DNA of 38,026 nucleotides. Origin: a virus. Taxonomy: Duplodnaviria; Caudoviricetes. Both the position numbers and the translations under genes were made by a program. The DNA lies in IMG/VR virus record IMGVR_UViG_3300018416_000047, positions 1-38,026 of that record; one strand, 5' to 3'. Positions 37,106 through 38,026 of this stretch are shown here, in pieces. Within the stretch, counting starts at the first letter, position 1, and each line of letters starts with the position of its first letter. A model generated the notes under the pieces. It searched no databases. It was not told the origin of the DNA and saw only the letters and a list, made by a program, of their open reading frames with translations.

Positions 37106-37867
37106 ATGGCTAGAAAAAAGCAAATAGATAACTCAGTAGGTCCATCTAGTTTCATTAGAGATGAAAATGGACTATTAAATAATATACAATACGAATTCAG
37201 CGAAGATGGCTCCGTCGATTGGAGAGCTATGATTAAAGATGAACATCTTTTTCCTAACAGGTCTTGGTTTGATTTAAGAAAAAAAGATTGCCCCCGATCT
37301 ATTGATGGTTTAGCTGACCACCAATTATTAATTAAGTTAAGCGGAATTAAAGAGCTTGCTAGATTAAGAGGCTTTAAATCGATAACTTACGACTTTGTTA
37401 AATGCGAAATAGACCATGTAGCTGTTACATGCTCTATGGAATTTTTTGGAAATTACGAAACAAACGGAAACCCTGTAGTATTTCAAGATTCTGCAAATGC
37501 AACCATAGACAACACAAATAGTTTTGCTAAAAAGTTCTTAGAAACTATTGCTTGCAACAGAGCCTTCGTTCGATGTGTTAGAAACTTCCTTAATATTCAT
37601 ATTGTTGGTGATGACGAAATAGATAAGTCAGATAACAAAAAACAAACTCAAACAGGATCTAACGATTTAACTCCCTCTGGATTTCTCAAGAAGGAGTTAA
37701 AAGAATCTCATAGCATTTCAGATTATCAAGACTTCCTTCCAGTTTTAAGAGAATTACATAAATCTAAAAAAATATCAATATCTACTGAAGTAATAAAAAC
37801 ATGGAATGACTTCTCTGATATTTCTGCTAAAGACTGCAGAGTTCTCCTGGGTGCCCTTAAAAAATAA
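37106..37867 (+). CDS. Hypothetical protein, possibly Rad52-superfamily single-strand annealing protein
   Basis: LSGIKELA...beta strands...LETIACNRAFVRCVR helix. Confidence 0.45.
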   Translation: MARKKQIDNSVGPSSFIRDENGLLNNIQYEFSEDGSVDWRAMIKDEHLFPNRSWFDLRKKDCPRSIDGLADHQLLIKLSGIKELARLRGFKSITYDFVKCEIDHVAVTCSMEFFGNYETNGNPVVFQDSANATIDNTNSFAKKFLETIACNRAFVRCVRNFLNIHIVGDDEIDKSDNKKQTQTGSNDLTPSGFLKKELKESHSISDYQDFLPVLRELHKSKKISISTEVIKTWNDFSDISAKDCRVLLGALKK

Positions 37868-37868
37868 T

Positions 37869-38026
37869 TTATAAACATTTATTTTTAAAAAATTGATAGT
37901 ATCCATCTTTACTATCTCTATATATTAATATCCACCTAGATAAATTACTAGGATTGCATAAAACATATTTACACTCAGACATCAGCAAAGTAGATGCTAG
38001 CATTTTTTTTGTGTGTTCAACTTTAT
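37869..38026 (-). CDS. C-terminus of a convergent gene, possibly fucosyltransferase-like (partial)
   Basis: Manual translation ...KMLASTLLMSECKYVLCNPSNLSRWILIYR...KCL*, like the GT11/GT23 LSxCxxxIxxxSNxSxW motif. Confidence 0.5.
   Translation of the reverse strand, partial: KVEHTKKMLASTLLMSECKYVLCNPSNLSRWILIYRDSKDGYYQFFKNKCL

Noticed and set aside
37966-37976. Seventh GTGTA promoter motif
   Set aside because: Lies inside the partial minus-strand CDS near its 3' end with no credible downstream gene
1-38026. Stop-codon reassignment
   Set aside because: TAA, TAG and TGA all end intact genes and coding density is high under the standard code

Overview
AT-rich window from a large dsDNA tailed-phage genome (standard genetic code, dense genes, many 1-4 nt stop/start overlaps, almost no Shine-Dalgarno sequences). 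Genes diverge from an AT-rich gap at about 28.8-29.1 kb. The left arm (minus strand) carries a replication and nucleotide-metabolism module: a DnaE-type polymerase split into separate PHP, DEDDh exonuclease and core genes, a PD-(D/E)XK nuclease, primase, DnaB helicase, RecA, NrdA and a tyrosine-less class Ic-type NrdB, NUDIX and Hsp20. This arm is interrupted by a 9 kb glycan-building island (two GT60-like polypeptide GlcNAc transferases, further GTs, methyltransferases and a five-domain methyl/sulfo/glycosyl-transferase) and by a Thr/Pro-repeat protein with cupredoxin-like and leishmanolysin-like domains. The right arm (plus strand) has dUTPase, a phage sigma factor, SSB, a Whirly-like protein, GT4/GT9-like enzymes and a possible annealing protein. 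Three promoter classes are visible: eight sigma70-type sites (all with 17-bp spacers, mostly leaderless or near-leaderless), six copies of an unexplained GTGTA motif just upstream of start codons, and a sigma54-type site driving hsp20 through tandem ROSE-like hairpins. Protein family calls come from motif recognition only; no searches were run.
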